A stretch of DNA of 62,883 nucleotides, filler included, from Lenisia limosa (taxonomy: Eukaryota > Protista > Breviatea): NCBI GenBank assembly GCA_001655205.1. It is 14 parts of 14 records of this genome, joined end to end, with 100 filler letters (N's around TTAATTAATTAA, not from the genome) between each part and the next. Parts side by side here need not be neighbours in the genome. Positions count along the whole stretch, not along the records: positions 1 to 9,918 come from LPNZ01011065.1; positions 10,019 to 12,702 come from LPNZ01003820.1; positions 12,803 to 17,050 come from LPNZ01011690.1; 11 more parts are not named here. One strand, 5' to 3'. Of this stretch, positions 1 through 12,884 are shown piece by piece. How positions within the stretch are numbered: the first letter of the stretch is position 1; each line of letters opens with the position of its first letter. The position numbers and the translations under genes are program-made. The notes beneath the pieces are model-generated. The model searched no databases. It was not told the origin of the DNA and was given only the letters and a program-made list of their open reading frames with translations.

Positions 1-57
1 TTCATAATTTTTGATATATTACACATACTACATACTGTAATATGATATGCTCCCTTA

Positions 58-3000
58 CCCTCAAGCGATGGCCCCAAGGAACCACCATTTTTGTGATGTC
101 AACTTTCGGACAAGGTGAATTCCCAAGTCATGGTGGGAGGTGGGAGATTGGTTTGGTTATCCACAAGTAAAGGATAAAGTTGAACTATATATGAGCGGAG
201 TTGGTGTATCTCGATGTTATTGTTTAGGAATCCAGTTCAAGGATTGGTTGGGAAGAAGTCATGCTCGCCACCATTTGAGGCATGTCAAGTGGGGGGTGAC
301 CGTTGGAGCTTTTCCGTTTTAATACCTTGTTTTTTCTCTTTTGTGGATATATGAGCACCAAGCTGCCTTCACGACACAGGTATTCCATCTTCGGCCTAGG
401 GTCCTCGGACTTCGGCTCAATGTTCAACGCTGCGGCCAAGCTCCTGGATGACGCCCTGCTCAAGGTATGGGGGGTATTGAGGGGTGGGGGGGCTTCTCAA
501 AACGCAGAGAACGAAATTCTATCGAGTCTTATGAAATATTATCAAATCATCATCTGTACCGTTGTTACTAAGACCACTTTTATTGTAATGCACCACCTGA
601 ACCACAACAACTTGCAACAACTTGCAACACCATTTATTGTACTATTGGGGAATCACTTTTTTACTCCTCTTCCTCACCCTCCAGGCGGGCGCTGTTCGAG
701 TGACGGAAACAGGGCTTGGAGACCAGCAGGCTGCCGGAGGGTTGGCTGCGCTGATTACTCTTCAATGCAAAAAATAAGTCTTTAAAATGAAATTCACATA
801 CCTGACCTGTTAGATACGAGGAAACCTTTGAGAATTGGTCCGGGACTCTGTGGAGCGCGATGGGACAGGATATCACCACCGTGTCTCTGAAGGTTGGAAG
901 ACTGGGGGGATGATGCTATTCTGGAAGATGATTCTGACACCCTTGTAGGAACCTCCGAAGAAGATTGTCTCTCNNNNNNNNNNNNNNNNNNNNNNNNNNN
1001 NNNNNNNNNNNNNNNNNNNNNNNNNNNNNNNNNNNNNNNNNNNNNNNNNNNNNNNNNNNNNNNNNNNNNNNNNNNNNNNNNNNNNNNNNNNNNNNNNTCT
1101 TGTAATGAAACCTCTGGCCGCCATATACCGTGCTGCAGTTCCCTCTGACCGTCCAGTTGACACGTCCTCAAGTGGACTCCAACCATCACCTTCCACACAG
1201 GCCACTTTCTCGGTAACGGGATCATATTCCTTCTCAATCTTGGTTTATGTAGGGATGATATACATGTATATATATTATGGTATGTAAATTACGTCATCGT
1301 AAAAGGACGTCCGTTGAACTCATAGTTGGTAAAGAGACCGAATTTCTTACATTTAATAAACAACGAGACAGTCGTTCGTGTCTGGACCGAAGTCAAGCCC
1401 GAGTAACCTTCCTCAGATAACAGCCAATGTGCAGCACGCGTCCAAGCCTGATGAAGTGACCATCACATGCACTCTTGAAAAGGCGTTCTACCACTTCTTT
1501 ATGGCCGACCTCATTAGCATCTGGCCGGAAAACTCTGACGCGTATGTGTATAGCGGCTTGTTCACTTTATTGAATTTAAAAATATGGCTCTGTTGTTTTG
1601 ACAAAATATGGCTCTGTTGTTTTGACCAGAATGATGTGAGACGTTGAGATGTTAAAAATGGTCTCTTATTGTGTTAGGAACGTATCACGTCTGCTAAAGG
1701 TCATCAAGGGTGACACGTCCAAGCCCATCTTCATCATATCAACCCAGGGCTCTGGTGGGGAGACTGGGGGCTATTGTTGGTGTCAGCATTACTGCAATGA
1801 AATATTCAATCGATTCGTTCTCTTTTTTTGGAACGAAGTATCACCCAGGTTAGAAGTTGTTCACCCCCCCCCCCCCTCCCCGTNNNNNNNNNNNNNNNNN
1901 NNNNNNNNNNNNNNNNNNNNNNNNNNNNNNNNNNNNNNNNNNNNNNNNNNNNNNNNNNNNNNNNNNNNNNNNNNNNNNNNNNNNNNNNNNNNNNNNNNNN
2001 NNNNNNNNNNNNNNNNNNNNNNNNNNNNNNNNNNNNNNNNNNNNNNNNNNNNNNNNNNNNNNNNNNNNNNNNNNNNNNNNNNNNNNNNNNNNNNNNNNCA
2101 CTTAAATCGAATAGGCCAGCAAACAAAGCCTCAGGAAACTAGCCTACTTCGCCAATGAAAAGGACCGATCACTTCTCCTCGATATGGCCTCGGTGAGAGA
2201 TGCACGTTTCTTCAGAGTGCTAAAACTGGGTGTCTTTAAATTGGAAACTCAGGCACCTTGCATCTCATATTGTAGACGAAATACCAGGAGCGAGTATTGG
2301 ACCAGCACCTGACCATCATTGACGTCCTTGAGAACTGGCCTTCTTGCGGTTGGCGGCTTGTGGACTGGGCGTTTGTTGGCAAGATTCAAATGAAAGATTG
2401 CACTGCACTTTTCTGATGTTATTCAGTACCCCCCCTTGACCATTTGCTCATGATATTCCCTGCGCTCAAGCCGCGAATCTTCACCATTGTTGAAGTGATT
2501 GACGAAACTTCCTTCGTGGTAAGAACTGTGCCGTTCTCCATGGTTTCAAGCAGGGTTTAAAAATGTTGTCTCGACGCTCGTTCATTATTGCGCGTCATAT
2601 TGAACGTGAATCACGCCACTTTTGCCACTTTTACTCCTTTTCAACATCGAGCTATTATCAATACAAAATAGAATCATACATAAATCGCTCCAAGAAGGCC
2701 GATTCTTCGACAATCTGCTTGAGACCTTTTCCATTTGAAACCCTGTTTTTAGTTTTTCAACCATAGTTTCTCCATTATACCTCCCCCCNNNNNNNNNNNN
2801 NNNNNNNNNNNNNNNNNNNNNNNNNNNNNNNNNNNNNNNNNNNNNNNNNNNNNNNNNNNNNNNNNNNNNNNNNNNNNNNTACAGAACCAACGCTGGGATC
2901 AAGGTGGGATGGTGGTGGTCTTTTTTCACAATATTTCCATCTGCAATACACTTGGGTCTTTGAAGTGTTATCCAGCACAGGTCAAGGGTCTTTGCAGCAA

Positions 3001-3079
3001 TATGCTTGCCTCTGCCAAGACCGGAACTCAGTTCTTCATGGTTCCTTCGAAGACCCATTCGGATGAAACCTGGTGCTAG
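58..3079 (+). CDS. Multi-exon diflavin-type oxidoreductase (flavodoxin + FAD-binding domains; cytochrome P450 reductase/NDOR1-like), 5'-partial
   Basis: Spliced exons (to 132, 228-288, 380-464, 685-~740, ~814 onward) read TIFVMSTFGQGEFPSHGIQFKDWLGRSHARHHLRHVKYSIFGLGSSDFGSMFNAAAKLLDDALLKAGAVRVTETGLGDQQAAGGYEETFENWSGTLW, which carries the flavodoxin motifs. Later exons give ADLISIWPENS, YQERVLDQHLTIIDVLENWPS, FPALKPRIFTI and KGLCSNML, matching the FAD domain. Confidence 0.8.
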
Positions 3080-3238
3080 TTCGCCTTTTTTATTTTTATG
3101 TTAAGGTAGACTTGTATAGTATTTTCCTATGTGTGTAATTGTTTTTGTGTTAGTTGTTTGTATTGTTTATACTAATGGTTAGATGTAATATGCTGTGATC
3201 CCTGACATAGAGTATTTCAAATAATGAAAGAAATGGGA

Positions 3239-6200
3239 CTATATTGTCCTGTCAAAACAAAACAACTCAAAAGAAATAACAAAAATGGTTTCAAAATGCG
3301 TGTCTACAGGGGAGGAGCTGAAATGGTGAGAATTCAGACGTGTACGACAGATTATCGGAATTATCATTACCTGAAGGCTGGGGGTCTCCACTCGCTGCAG
3401 TTCCAGGCCGTGACACTTCCCCGGGCACTTCGGGGTAAAGACCGTCATTGTTTTCTGGGGGGTTAGAAGATGTTATACAGCATTGAACCATCTGCCTAAT
3501 TATTGAGAAGAGTCTTGTCTGCTGTTATTTACAAAGTACTTAATAATATGACTAATCATATTGGGCAATCGCGAACCGAAAGTCTGGTATGTCGGCGGCG
3601 GGGCGTCGAAAGCCACCGGCTCGGCCTTTGTCGGCGTGTTATCCATAGGCGGTGTATCGAGATGTCCTCCCTCCTTGGGACTGCAGGGGTCAGGAGAATG
3701 TGGTCAAGATGTTACAAGTACAAAGAGGGATTTGAAGCCGTCATGGTTTTAGGTACAAGGCAATGTTTGAACTCCTCTCCCCTTACTGGAAATCACCCTC
3801 ATCAGGGGTGTTGTAATTGTCATCGTTACCTTGGCTGGAGAGTTAGAGAAGGAGCATTATTAGAAATGAAACATGGAGTATCGGCTGAAGCTACTATGAC
3901 TGTTCAATGCCTACTAAGAATCATCCCGGTTGGATGGCGGGGGAAGGTCGTCGTCATAGTCATCGCTCATGGGGGGGTCATCGGGAGTGGCCAGGTCCAT
4001 GGGGGGGACCACAGCTTGGAGCTGCTGATCTCCATATGGGTCATCCAGTTGTTTCTAAGAGGATAAGCCTCAGATAAGGCTGTTTTCCCGGTTAAATCTT
4101 GGTAACATTTCACTCCGTAATTGGTCTTCAAAGGATTCGCATGCAGCATACTCGCCCCTCCCCACCTTGAGTTGGACGTTCTCACGGTGGTTAAGCACAT
4201 TGAACTTCTTGTAGCCGTGGATGCCAAGGAAAGTGGCGACGAAGAGGAAAATACCAGCCAGAATCAATGCACTCAGCATCGTGTCAATGGCACTCCTGGA
4301 CAATNNNNNNNNNNNNNNNNNNNNNNNNNNNNNNNNNNNNNNNNNNNNNNNNNNNNNNNNNNNNNNNNNNNNNNNNNNNNNNNNNNNNNNNNNNNNNNNN
4401 NNNNNNNNNNNNNNNNNNNNNNNNNNNNNNNNNNNNNNNAAATAGTTATACTTCAGTCCCTTTAGCAGGCGTGTGGGTATAACACAGTGCGGTGAAGTCA
4501 GTATTTACCCACAGAAGTTCGTTGCACAGGGCGTCATGCATTTTGCCCATAGCGTCGTACACAAAACCACATTGCGCAAGCTCGAAAATCTTCTCCTTCA
4601 GACGGCTGTGGGAGGGGTAAAAGTTGAGATGGTGGAACAAAAAACAGGTGACGAGGGTATCATCAATTGTAATAACAATATTGGAAGATATGAAAAAAAG
4701 GGGGGGNNNNNNNNNNNNNNNNNNNNNNNNNNNNNNNNNNNNNNNNNNNNNNNNNNNNNNNNNNNNNNNNNNNNNNNNNNNNNNNNNNNNNNNNNNNTAG
4801 AAGGGTCAAATCAAAGAGAGCGCACGTGTATATCTAGCAATGAGAAATAAAAAAAAGGGTTGTATCTAACCGAAGTTTATAAGAGATATTGAATTATAGT
4901 ATAATATTAATTCACCCAATTATTTGCCTTATAACTACAGCATGTATGTGTACAGCTTTCTGCGTGCTTCAGCATACTTGTAGTCATCAATGATGCTAAT
5001 CTTCTGGAACACATCAATAGTAGCAGTATCGGTACTGATGGTAGTGAAACCGTTGTTGTTGAGGTCGGAAGTCAACGTGCCATCGGTAACAGTAGTCATT
5101 GTCACATTCTGAACCGTCACACTAATTGCACAAGTTACACATCAACCTAGTTCATATTAATAAACTACAAACAAAACGAATAAACACTCGAGACATCACG
5201 TATTGTAATCAACAGAGTGGATGCATACGGTATTTTCCATTCCCGGGAGGTGTTGCAAGCCAGACTGGATGCCGGCAAGGGCCTTGCCTTCTCCACCTTG
5301 GCGGTAAAAGAAGAGCGAGAATCGGAATAAGTATGGTGCAAGATGAACAATAAACTGTGGACAAGAGAAGAACTTGACCAAGAAAAGATGAGCCCACTTA
5401 CTTTCAATTTGGTCTCTCAGGCCTTGAAGATCATCGGGGTCGATACACTGCACAAAATCGGCAAGGTATGAAGTACTGTTGGTGGGATTTTCAAGATACA
5501 GCTCAACCTGAGATATGAGATAGACCCAATATGATGACAAAGGCACTCTTGTCAAACAGATAGGATGCCTACCTCGAGGCACGTATCAGTGAAAATGATT
5601 GAGATCGGCAGATGAATGGCCACAACAATCCAAACAAGGAAGAGAAGAAGGAAGCCACTCAGACCAGTGAAGTATGACATCTGACAGGTGTGATAATCGT
5701 TTTTGACAATGCAACGGAATATATGTATATATAGTATCATATATAGTAGTATATGTATATACATATTATGAGACAGTACAGAAGTTTTGGGAGATTTAAC
5801 CAACCCCGATACGTACAAATATGAATGGACATATAACGAAATACTTTTGAAACGCCAAACTCCAACCCACGAGGTTGATGCCGAGAATGGCAGCGACCAG
5901 TAGCAACACAGCCATAATGCCGACAATGACGTACACAACTGCCGGGTCAAACACAACAGGATTGAACATAACAAAGAATATTGGGGGAAGTCAAATGTGT
6001 GAAAAGCGTTAGCTAATATACAATGCAAAAGTATGTTTATAATACTCAACCATAAGCGTTAAGAAAACCGAGAGCTTACAGTACATGAAGGGGTTTCTCT
6101 GCTCATCGAAGATATCGGCCCAATCCCAGCCGGTGTTGACAAGGTCCCATCCCTGAGCATGTGATAAATATTGATATTTTGTTGCCTCCGTAAATATGTC

Positions 6201-8279
6201 AGAGACAGATGTCATACTAGGAAAACATGAAGCACTTCCCTATAGTCCGAAAAGACCGGGTATTTTCCAGTTTGGCTATATTAGTTTGTTTGGGATTGTA
6301 GGGGTAGGAAAGCCCTTATAGCATTTGATAATATGTGAGAACAATCAGTGTGCCCCCCCCCCCCTCTCCCACTTTGTCGAAAACGTCATAAATCGGGTTC
6401 AAAGTATCCGCCAAGCTGGTGTCCACGATACCGCTGCCTGAAAGGTTATTGTGAGAAAATAATATACTATATCATATCATATATTATAGTAAATATATCA
6501 TACTATTATGTAGAGTTGTAAATAAATGACAAGAGCTATGAAGCTTCAAGATACAAATTACACACCCAAATAATAAATAGTAGTGCTGAAGGAATGTTGC
6601 GCACTTTGGCCCCCTACCAAGTTTGAACTCCATAATTTGAAGGTCATTGTGAAGGTCAGCAACAATGGAACGAACCTGGTAAGGGGGGGGGGGNNNNNNN
6701 NNNNNNNNNNNNNNNNNNNNNNNNNNNNNAAATATTGGATACCGTGGATGGATAATACACACGTTAGAGATTAATTCAAAACTCATCGGATGGAGGCAAG
6801 AAAACAGCAACTGAAAGTCCACCCACATCGTCAATAACAGTCAGAATGTCCTCGAAAACGCCGTCGAGAGCTGACGAAAACGCGTTGTTGCCAGCAACAC
6901 CGACCATGAAGCAAAGGCTGCCAAGTCAGTATCAGGAGGGGGAAAGAATATCGAATAATTATTCATGGAGCCTCAGCTTAGTTGAATGAATCAAGGGTCC
7001 GCGGCTTACATGAGCAGAACGGAAAAGATAATCGTACAAAGCTTGGTCCTAAAGCGTGGTGCCACGGCGTAGCCCTTCAAAGTCAATACTATCATGAGTA
7101 ACAATGGGCCCATGCATTATCCTAAGTGCTTCACTTTGGTTCGTAAAAAACCAGGAAAATATCGATAGTTTTCAAGGATTTATGGAGAAATTCAGTCTTT
7201 TTTTGAACCGAAGCGAAGCCCTAGTTATCATGTTCTAAAGCGTACCTCTTCATGGGTGCAGCCTCGACCTCCACAGCAGTTACAGCAGCAACGACACTGG
7301 GGGGGGGGGGGTCNNNNNNNNNNNNNNNNNNNNNNNNNNNNNNNNNNNNNNNNNNNNNNNNNNNNNNNNNNNNNNNNNNNNNNNNNNNNAAATTCATATT
7401 TTGGTGTACTCTTGGTTATTTTTGGTGCCTGAAAAAAGAAGACTAAATTTCTTGATAAATCAGAAGGGGAAACTGAGTGCCTTCGCTGATGATTGGCAAA
7501 TCAGTAAAAGCTCTAATACATCTCTTTACTAGTCCAATTGAAACTACGAAGACCTGACAACAAGATTTGCCAAAAACTTCAACTTTGGAGCGATTCCGTT
7601 CAACTTTCAGGAGTTTGCTCGTTTGAAGGCCAAAAGAGGTGATGCAATACCAAAAATTCCCCCCAACCAGCATGAACAGGAAGGCAAAAATCAAGGTCAG
7701 GAAGGCCAGAATGAGGGGTGGTGCTGCCATTAGTCCTAAAACACTGTAAAAACTATCTCCACAAAGAAACAGTGATGATGTACTGGACTACACTAAATCG
7801 TAACACAGTGCAATGAAAATACCTCACCGCAATAACAAAGAGCAGTAATCTGCGGTAATAGTATGAGAATAGTTTGTTTGTTGTTGCTTCGGGTGACCAT
7901 TTCAGACTTAATGCCCCGCATACCAACACCAATTAGATAGTCCTGGTTCTCAGGATCGAATCGCTTGGGGGCATCCTCACCATCAAGGGTCTTTCTAGGC
8001 AACTACAAATGTAAGCCTTGAGTGAAGCAGAAAAGAGGCCAGCAAAGATGAGACACATACCGTTTCTTTGACAAAGTCAATAAAAATAGTTGCTATGTTG
8101 TTTGAAGTGCTCTAAAAGTGTATTAGAATTGCTCTAAAGTGAAATAGAAGGGCATACAAGATCCGCCTCTTTGTCTGTTTCCTGGGCAAAGGCGCCAGCC
8201 AAGCATAAAAATGCTATAATCTACAATTCATGAAAAGGCGCGGGAATAGGGAAGCACTTACAAGGAATAGCAACTTCAT
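3239..8279 (-). CDS. Tweety/prominin-like multipass membrane protein, about 17 exons (3' end approximate)
   Basis: ATG at 8279 (MKLLFL). Exons encode RFDPENQDYLI, a TM segment PPLILAFLTLIFAFLFML, a Cys cluster CRCCCNCC, GVAGNNAFSSALDGV, LVWIVVAIHLPISIIFTDTCLE, LADFVQCID, QCGFVYDAMGKMHDALCNELLW, a final TM ALILAGIFLFVATFLGIHGYKKF and a Pro/acidic tail. This order matches Tweety-family topology. Confidence 0.75.
7125..7221. mobile_element. MITE family A copy
   Basis: TA|AGTGCTTCACTTTGGTTCG ... TTTGAACCGAAGCGAAGCCC|TA, in an intron of the Tweety-like gene. Confidence 0.8.
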
Positions 8280-8546
8280 GCTAACCAAAGTAGGACAATT
8301 AATCTACTTATTCTTCGTTTTTTGTGCTTGATAATATCAATAAAATTCCTCCCGAGCACTCTCTCCTCTTAATTTTATACCTCTTTTTTCTCATTTCACT
8401 TACTTTCAAATCCGATATTTATTTATCGATATTTATATCGAGTATTTAATTTTTGAAATTTTGAAATCTCTAAAAATCTAAACATCTAAACGTAAGAACC
8501 ATCTAAAAAGACGTACAGTCTAGTATATTTTGGTTGGTAGATCAGA

Positions 8547-9613
<1,067 letters not shown>

Positions 9614-9962
9614 NNNNNNNNNNNNNNNNNNNNNNNNNNNNNNNNNNNNNNNNNNNNNNNNNNNNNNNNNNNNNNNNNNNNNNNNNNNNNNNNNNNNNNN
9701 NNNNNNNNNNNNNNNNNNNNNNNNNNNNNNNNNNNNNNNNNNNNNNNNNNNNNNNNNNNNNNNNNNNNNNNNNNNNNNNNNNTTCTTTTTTATCAGTGAT
9801 AAGGCAAAAAGGAAGTAGAATGACTGCACTGTCTCATGTCATATTTACGCTACTTTTTTTTGGGGGTCTGTTCCCGTTTGTTTATATACTATATCATATA
9901 TATACTATATCATATAGTNNNNNNNNNNNNNNNNNNNNNNNNNNNNNNNNNNNNNNNNNNNN

Positions 9963-9974
9963 TTAATTAATTAA
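9963..9974. other. Artificial contig-joining spacer (TTAATTAATTAA, stop codons in all six frames, inside a 100-nt N block). It recurs at 12747, 17095, 19465, 26112, 29695, 32755, 35802, 45821, 51406, 54548, 57590 and 60297.
   Basis: An identical 12-mer occurs 13 times, flanked by 44 N on each side in the copies counted (17051-17150, 29651-29750, 32711-32810). Genes are cut off at these points. Confidence 0.97.
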
Positions 9975-10254
9975 NNNNNNNNNNNNNNNNNNNNNNNNNN
10001 NNNNNNNNNNNNNNNNNNGGGGGGGGGGGTAACTCAATCTATTCTAGTAACAAAAAGAACCGTAGTATGTGTTGGAAGGGAGGATGACTATTTTTCCATC
10101 ATAGTAACGAGTTGTTTTGGGGAAAACACTAACGATCTGAGTCCTCTACCACGATGCTAAAGCTACTCCCAACATTATTCATCTACTTACGAGCTTAGCA
10201 TATAATCAGCCCAGTCAGTCCCTTTGGCTCTGCAAAAGCGATCCACTCACCCGA

Positions 10255-12620
10255 TTGTTGCAGGCTTCAAAGGAGGCATCGTTAGTCCACTCCTCCGGAC
10301 CTTCTGTCGTTATAGTAATCAGTCAGTGTGACACCTTTAATAGTTTGCTCGCCTTTAACTCATGATTAGAGCATGATAGAGGCAAAAAAAGCACAAAAAC
10401 GCGCATCCGAGTTTGATATGATCCTCAGATCTTGTAAAAAAACAAAGTACAACTAACCTAGTGATCAATCAGGAATCACTGAGACTCCTCGACTCCATAA
10501 AGCAAATGATACAAAGAAAATGTGCGACACACCTCCAAACTAGACTTAGCAATGTAATAAATATTAATGATTACGAGATACAACTATCAACATAAGGGCT
10601 TAGACTGGGGAAATGGTGATGTTGAGGGACTGCACTTCCATTGTCTGTGCCCAATTGATGCCCCAACCGTCAGCCGCGTAAAGCCAAATTGTCAGCGGAA
10701 GGTCCTGTATGGTGAGCCCGATTACAATACCTTGCGCTGGGGAGGGAAAAGACTGGATAAATAGTGAAATTTATCGAGTTGATATCAAGAAATTCAGTCT
10801 TTTTGGGAAAGTAGAGCAGGAAAGCCAACACCACTTGGTATATTGTTCTAGATATTGTTATTGTCTATGAATTTATATATTTCGTGAATGGACTAAAAAA
10901 TATTTCGTTTTTTTGGGAAATTTAGTGAACTAAATTCCCAAAAAAGAATACAAAGAGCCGCTGTACTTTTTTGGTTATTGGAAGTTCAAAGCTGTGGTCG
11001 ATCCATCCGGTGGTGGTCTAAATTCGTAAATATGTAATATGCATGGGGAAATGTAAAACAAAACAAGGATCCTGGGGGAAACAAGGTTTATTTGAGTGCA
11101 AATAGTATAATACATGTGTAATGTTTGATGATAGAATAATCATAATTTCCCAATCATTGGCTTCGCTTTTGGCGTTAATTGATAACAAGTAAATATGATA
11201 GAGCTTAATTTTTGTTAGAGAGATGAAACAAGGTGCATCTGACCGAGGCCTTCGACTTCATAACGCTTCTACGAGATATTGAATTATTGTTATTTTCCCA
11301 GTTACTTTCCTGACAACTCTGTGTACACACTGCGTGCCTCCCCAGAATAGTATAATGAACTATGTTGAGATAATCGGTTCGAAAAGACGGAATTTCTCGA
11401 TATCGATATTTTGCTGGTTCTTTTTCGAACAGTGAAGCCCTACACATACCTGATACAGATCAGCTGGGGCGTTATACTCATGTAGGAGAAGATTTCCTTC
11501 GCTGTCGAAAATTTTGAATGTGCCACAATTGACGGTCACAGTAGAACCTAAATTGCATTACTTAGGGATCGGTGAAATGAAATTATTTGGAGAAATAAAT
11601 CACAAATTTGACAACGAAATCTGTTTACAGTTTGTGCCACTTCAAATTTTGCAACTAATTGTTTGAAACCAAAAAAAATGTGACATGTCATACATCACTG
11701 CTGCTTGTTCACATGAAATCATTAATCTCATTTTAGTAGGGCGTCAGTGCGGTCCAAAAAAGATACTTAAACTATCGAAATATATCAATGATTTATTGGG
11801 TTATTCAGTCATTTTCCGGATCGAAGTGAAGCCCTACCTTTACCCCCACCCCCCACTAGCAGTGCCTGATGTCAGCCTGATATGTACAGCCACGCTCAAG
11901 ATGAAATCATTTGTGAGAATAGCCACGTCATTCGTGAAGGTGCCATATAGTCCTAAAGTAGGCGTCAGTGAGGCAAAGGGTACGTTTCGACCCCAAAAAG
12001 GCCATTTTTTTATTTTCTCTGACGTCAGCAGGGTTGTGAGTTAGAATCAGGAAGAATACATGGGAAATACATAGTTTCTATATTTTGTGACAACCAAATT
12101 AGTCCCAAGTAATATTATATTCGCGAGGGTTGAGAACAAACAACAACACAAACAAAACCCAAGCCGCTTCTACAGCACCGCATCCAGTAATTCCAGCGTA
12201 AAAAGGGTATTCAAAAAAAAAGGGGGGGGGGNNNNNNNNNNNNNNNNNNNNNNNNNNNNNNNNNNNNNNNNNNNNNNNNNNNNNNNNNNNNNNNNNNNNN
12301 NNNNNNNNNNNNNNNNNNNNNNNNNNNNNNNNNNNNNNNNNNNNNNNNNNTCACTTTCACTCTTATTATAAGACTGAAATTACGATAAATTACCTATAAA
12401 TATCGATATTTCATCTGTCTTTTAGAACCAAAAATGAAGGTCTTGTCATGGTGCCGCAGACACGCCAATTATGACGATATTTTCCATATGATCTGAACCT
12501 GTTCAACATATGTACATAATCTGCTGCCCGCTCTCATGCCACTCCCCTTACTAACCTGTTACAGGAGTTCCACTGCTGAATGAGGTAATTTCCTTGACTT
12601 GAATAGTGGGGATGCCATCA
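10255..12620 (-). CDS. Hypothetical multi-exon protein (partial)
   Basis: GT-AG-bounded open exons: CSNTVVDGIPTIQVKEITSF, GLYGTFTNDVAILTNDFILSVAVHI, TVNCGTFKIFDSEGNLLLHEYNAPADLYQ, KRYEVEGLGQMHL and QGIVIGLTIQDLPLTIWLYAADGWGINWAQT. No family recognised. Confidence 0.45.
11739..11834. mobile_element. MITE family A copy
   Basis: TA|GGGCGTCAGTGCGGTCCAAAAA ... TTTTCCGGATCGAAGTGAAGCCC|TA. Confidence 0.8.
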
Positions 12621-12884
12621 ACCACCGTATTAGAGCACTATTTCATATTACGAGAAATTCTTTGAGAATTCAAAGGAGAGGAAATACTAGGGGGGGGGGG
12701 GGNNNNNNNNNNNNNNNNNNNNNNNNNNNNNNNNNNNNNNNNNNNNTTAATTAATTAANNNNNNNNNNNNNNNNNNNNNNNNNNNNNNNNNNNNNNNNNN
12801 NNGGGGGGGGGCTATGTGAGTAAAAATGGAAAATTTATGAAAAAAGTGAAAGGGAGGGGCCACTTATCCAGCACAAAGTGAAGC

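Noticed and set aside
125-262. 8-bp direct repeat AAGTCATG near both ends of the first flavodoxin intron, as a transposon TSD
   Set aside because: The second copy lies inside the next exon (228-288). Both encode Ser-His in the in-phase protein (FPSHG...GRSHAR), so it is coincidental.
4950-4978. Extension of the Tweety-like exon as YAEARRKL
   Set aside because: This sequence is the terminus of repeat family D and follows a good GTATGC donor, so it is intronic.
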